A stretch of DNA of 64,000 nucleotides, taken from NCBI RefSeq assembly GCF_963921235.1, contig NC_086110.1, positions 40,114,001 through 40,178,000 of the forward strand, in the 5' to 3' direction. Origin of the DNA: Mobula hypostoma (Eukaryota). Both the position numbers and the translations under genes were made by a program. The notes under the pieces were generated by a model. That model saw only the letters and a program-made list of their open reading frames with translations, was not told the origin of the DNA and did not search any database. This document shows positions 62,106-64,000 of the stretch, piece by piece. Every line of letters starts with the position of its first letter. The stretch's first letter is position 1.

Positions 62106-64000
62106 ATGTGGGCAAAGATGTTCGTAAGGTTACATACAAAGGGAAGATTCGAAAGGCTGAGCATGGTGAGACTAATGTTCTGAGTTGTGTATATTTCAAT
62201 GTAAGGAAAGGTAGATGAGAGGGCATGAATCAGCACATCTATTGAGGCTATATGGGTTAAACTGAGGAATAAGGAAAGGATGATCACATTAATGGGATTA
62301 TATTATAGACCACATAACAGTCCATGGGATTTAGAGGAGTAAATTTGGAGAGAGTTTTGCAACTGTTGCAAGAAACATAATATTATGATAATAGGTGATT
62401 TTAACGTATTGACTGGGACTCCCATACTGTAAAAGGGCTGCATGGAATAGAGTTTGCCAAATGTGTTCAGTAAAGTTTCCTTAATCAGTACACAGAAGAC
62501 CCTGCTATTAGGGAATGAGACAAGGCAACTGACAGAAGTTTGTGTAGGGGAGAATTTTACAACTAGTTATCATTAGCTTCAGGATAATTATGGAGAACGA
62601 TGGATCTGATCCTCGGGGTAAGATTCTAAATTGGAGAAAAGCCAAATTTGATGGTATCAAAAAGGATCTAGCAAGTATGGATTGGGACAAGCTGTTTTCT
62701 GGCAAAGGTGTATTTGGTAAGAAGGAGGCCTTCAAAAGTGAAATTTTTAGAGTGCAGAGTTTGTATGTTCCTGTCAGAATAAAAGGCAGATAACAGGTTT
62801 AGCGAACCTTGGTTTTTGAGAGACTTTGAAGTTCTGGTTAAGAAAAAGAAGGAGGTGTATAGTAGGTTTAGGCAGGAAGGAGTAAATTAAATACTTGAGG
62901 AATATAAGAAATGCAAGAGAACATTTAAGAAGGAAATCAGGAAGGGCTAAAAGAAGGCATGAAGTTGCTCTAGCAAACAAGGTGAAAGAGCATCCCAAAT
63001 GCTTCTACAGATATATTAAGAACAAAAGGATAACCAGGGACAAAATTGGTCTTCTGGAAGATCAGGGTGGTCTTCAGAGTGGAAGACCAGAGTGGGAAGA
63101 TATTAAATGGATTTTTTTTTTTTGCGTCTGTATTTACTCAGGAGATGGACACAGAATCAATAGAAATGAGGCAAAGCAGCAGAGAAAGGTCATGGACCAT
63201 ATACAGATTACAGAGGAGGAGATGTTTGCTGCCTTAAGGCAAATTAGGGTGGATAAATCCTCAGTGCCTGACAAGGTGTTCCCTGTGCTGTAGTGTTCTA
63301 CGTTTCTATGACTCAAGGTGAAATACAGAAATTTGCTTCTGATTACCACCTAATATTTTCCCAGTGCTAATGAGTTCTTCTTGAACAATTCTTGATGGAA
63401 ATATTCAAGTAGGAAGGGCATGGAAACAGCTCTGGGCAGTGACCACTAATTCATCACCAAGATTGGCTTGGTATCACCATCACTAGTCCAAGTTGCCAAG
63501 TCCTGAAAGACATAGATATTGGAAGATGTAGTGAGCAAACCGGCCTGACAAATAAGCCTACTTTACGTTTTCCTCACCAGCTACCAAATGCTGATCAACA
63601 TGTCCATGAACACACTGACAGAACGACAATCAAACAGTCTTTGTGGAGAGAAAGGTAATGAACATATCCTTCACTCTACCTTTACAATCAGGGAAGGATA
63701 CCAGGGCTGACTCTAACTGAAGAGCAGAAGGATACGTTAAGCACAGCAATGGGCATACTGTCAACTTGGCAAAGCTGTAACATAGAAATGCATGTTGAAC
63801 ACCAAAAAAAGCCATAATTAGACAGGGATAAGAAATCCTACAACCAACAGATCTAATCAGGGTCCTGTAGCACTGTCATAACTAATCACAATTATCAGTT
63901 GAAAATTAAGTAACTAATGGGAGAGCAGAGACTCCTGGAACTTTACAAGAAATTGTTTAAAGAAATCTCTTTAAACCTATCAGAAATGCCAAGAGATAGT

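Larger units (their letters stand above)
60640..63312 (+). mobile_element. Rearranged CR1: 5' UTR, end of ORF1, EN/early ORF2 fused to the 3' tail, with two insertions
   Basis: EFRELGAKLKDRT (61168), EAIWVKLRN, LNWRKAKFDGI and FYRYIKNKR; ends ctgtgctgtagtgttctacgtttctatgact. Confidence 0.8.

Noticed and set aside
1-64000. CRISPR arrays, operons or prokaryotic defence systems
   Set aside because: No regularly spaced repeat-spacer array or gene-dense architecture; the sequence is vertebrate repeat-rich DNA.

Overview
Eukaryotic, repeat-dense genomic DNA with no confidently identifiable host protein-coding exon. It looks like a large intron or gene desert. The repeat complement points to a cartilaginous fish, probably a batoid (inference): CR1 LINEs, Rex1/Babar LINEs, HE1/V-SINE and DeuSINE-like SINEs, Penelope-like elements, an R2/Hero-type RLE retrotransposon, and hAT, Chapaev3 and Harbinger relics. 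Every ORF I can interpret is transposon-derived. Main points: (1) a five-level nested insertion at about 14.06-21.22 kb (Rex1 3' end > palindromic Penelope-derived element > hAT/Charlie element > [hAT MITE; near full-length CR1 with SGNH-esterase ORF1 > younger CR1]), with TSDs resolvable at most levels; (2) a family of short Penelope-derived elements carrying decayed minimal hammerhead-ribozyme motifs, several as about 200-240 bp palindromes with their own long TSDs; (3) two copies of an unassigned 570-690 bp non-autonomous retroelement and one young tRNA-SINE; (4) a possible HDV-like ribozyme relic in an RTE-like 5' end; (5) a ZNF143/Staf-motif cluster at 60.4-60.6 kb; (6) a TE-poor block at 22-33 kb with candidate conserved non-coding elements and one weak candidate exon. 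Family names come from motif recognition by eye, with no database search. Boundaries without TSDs are approximate.
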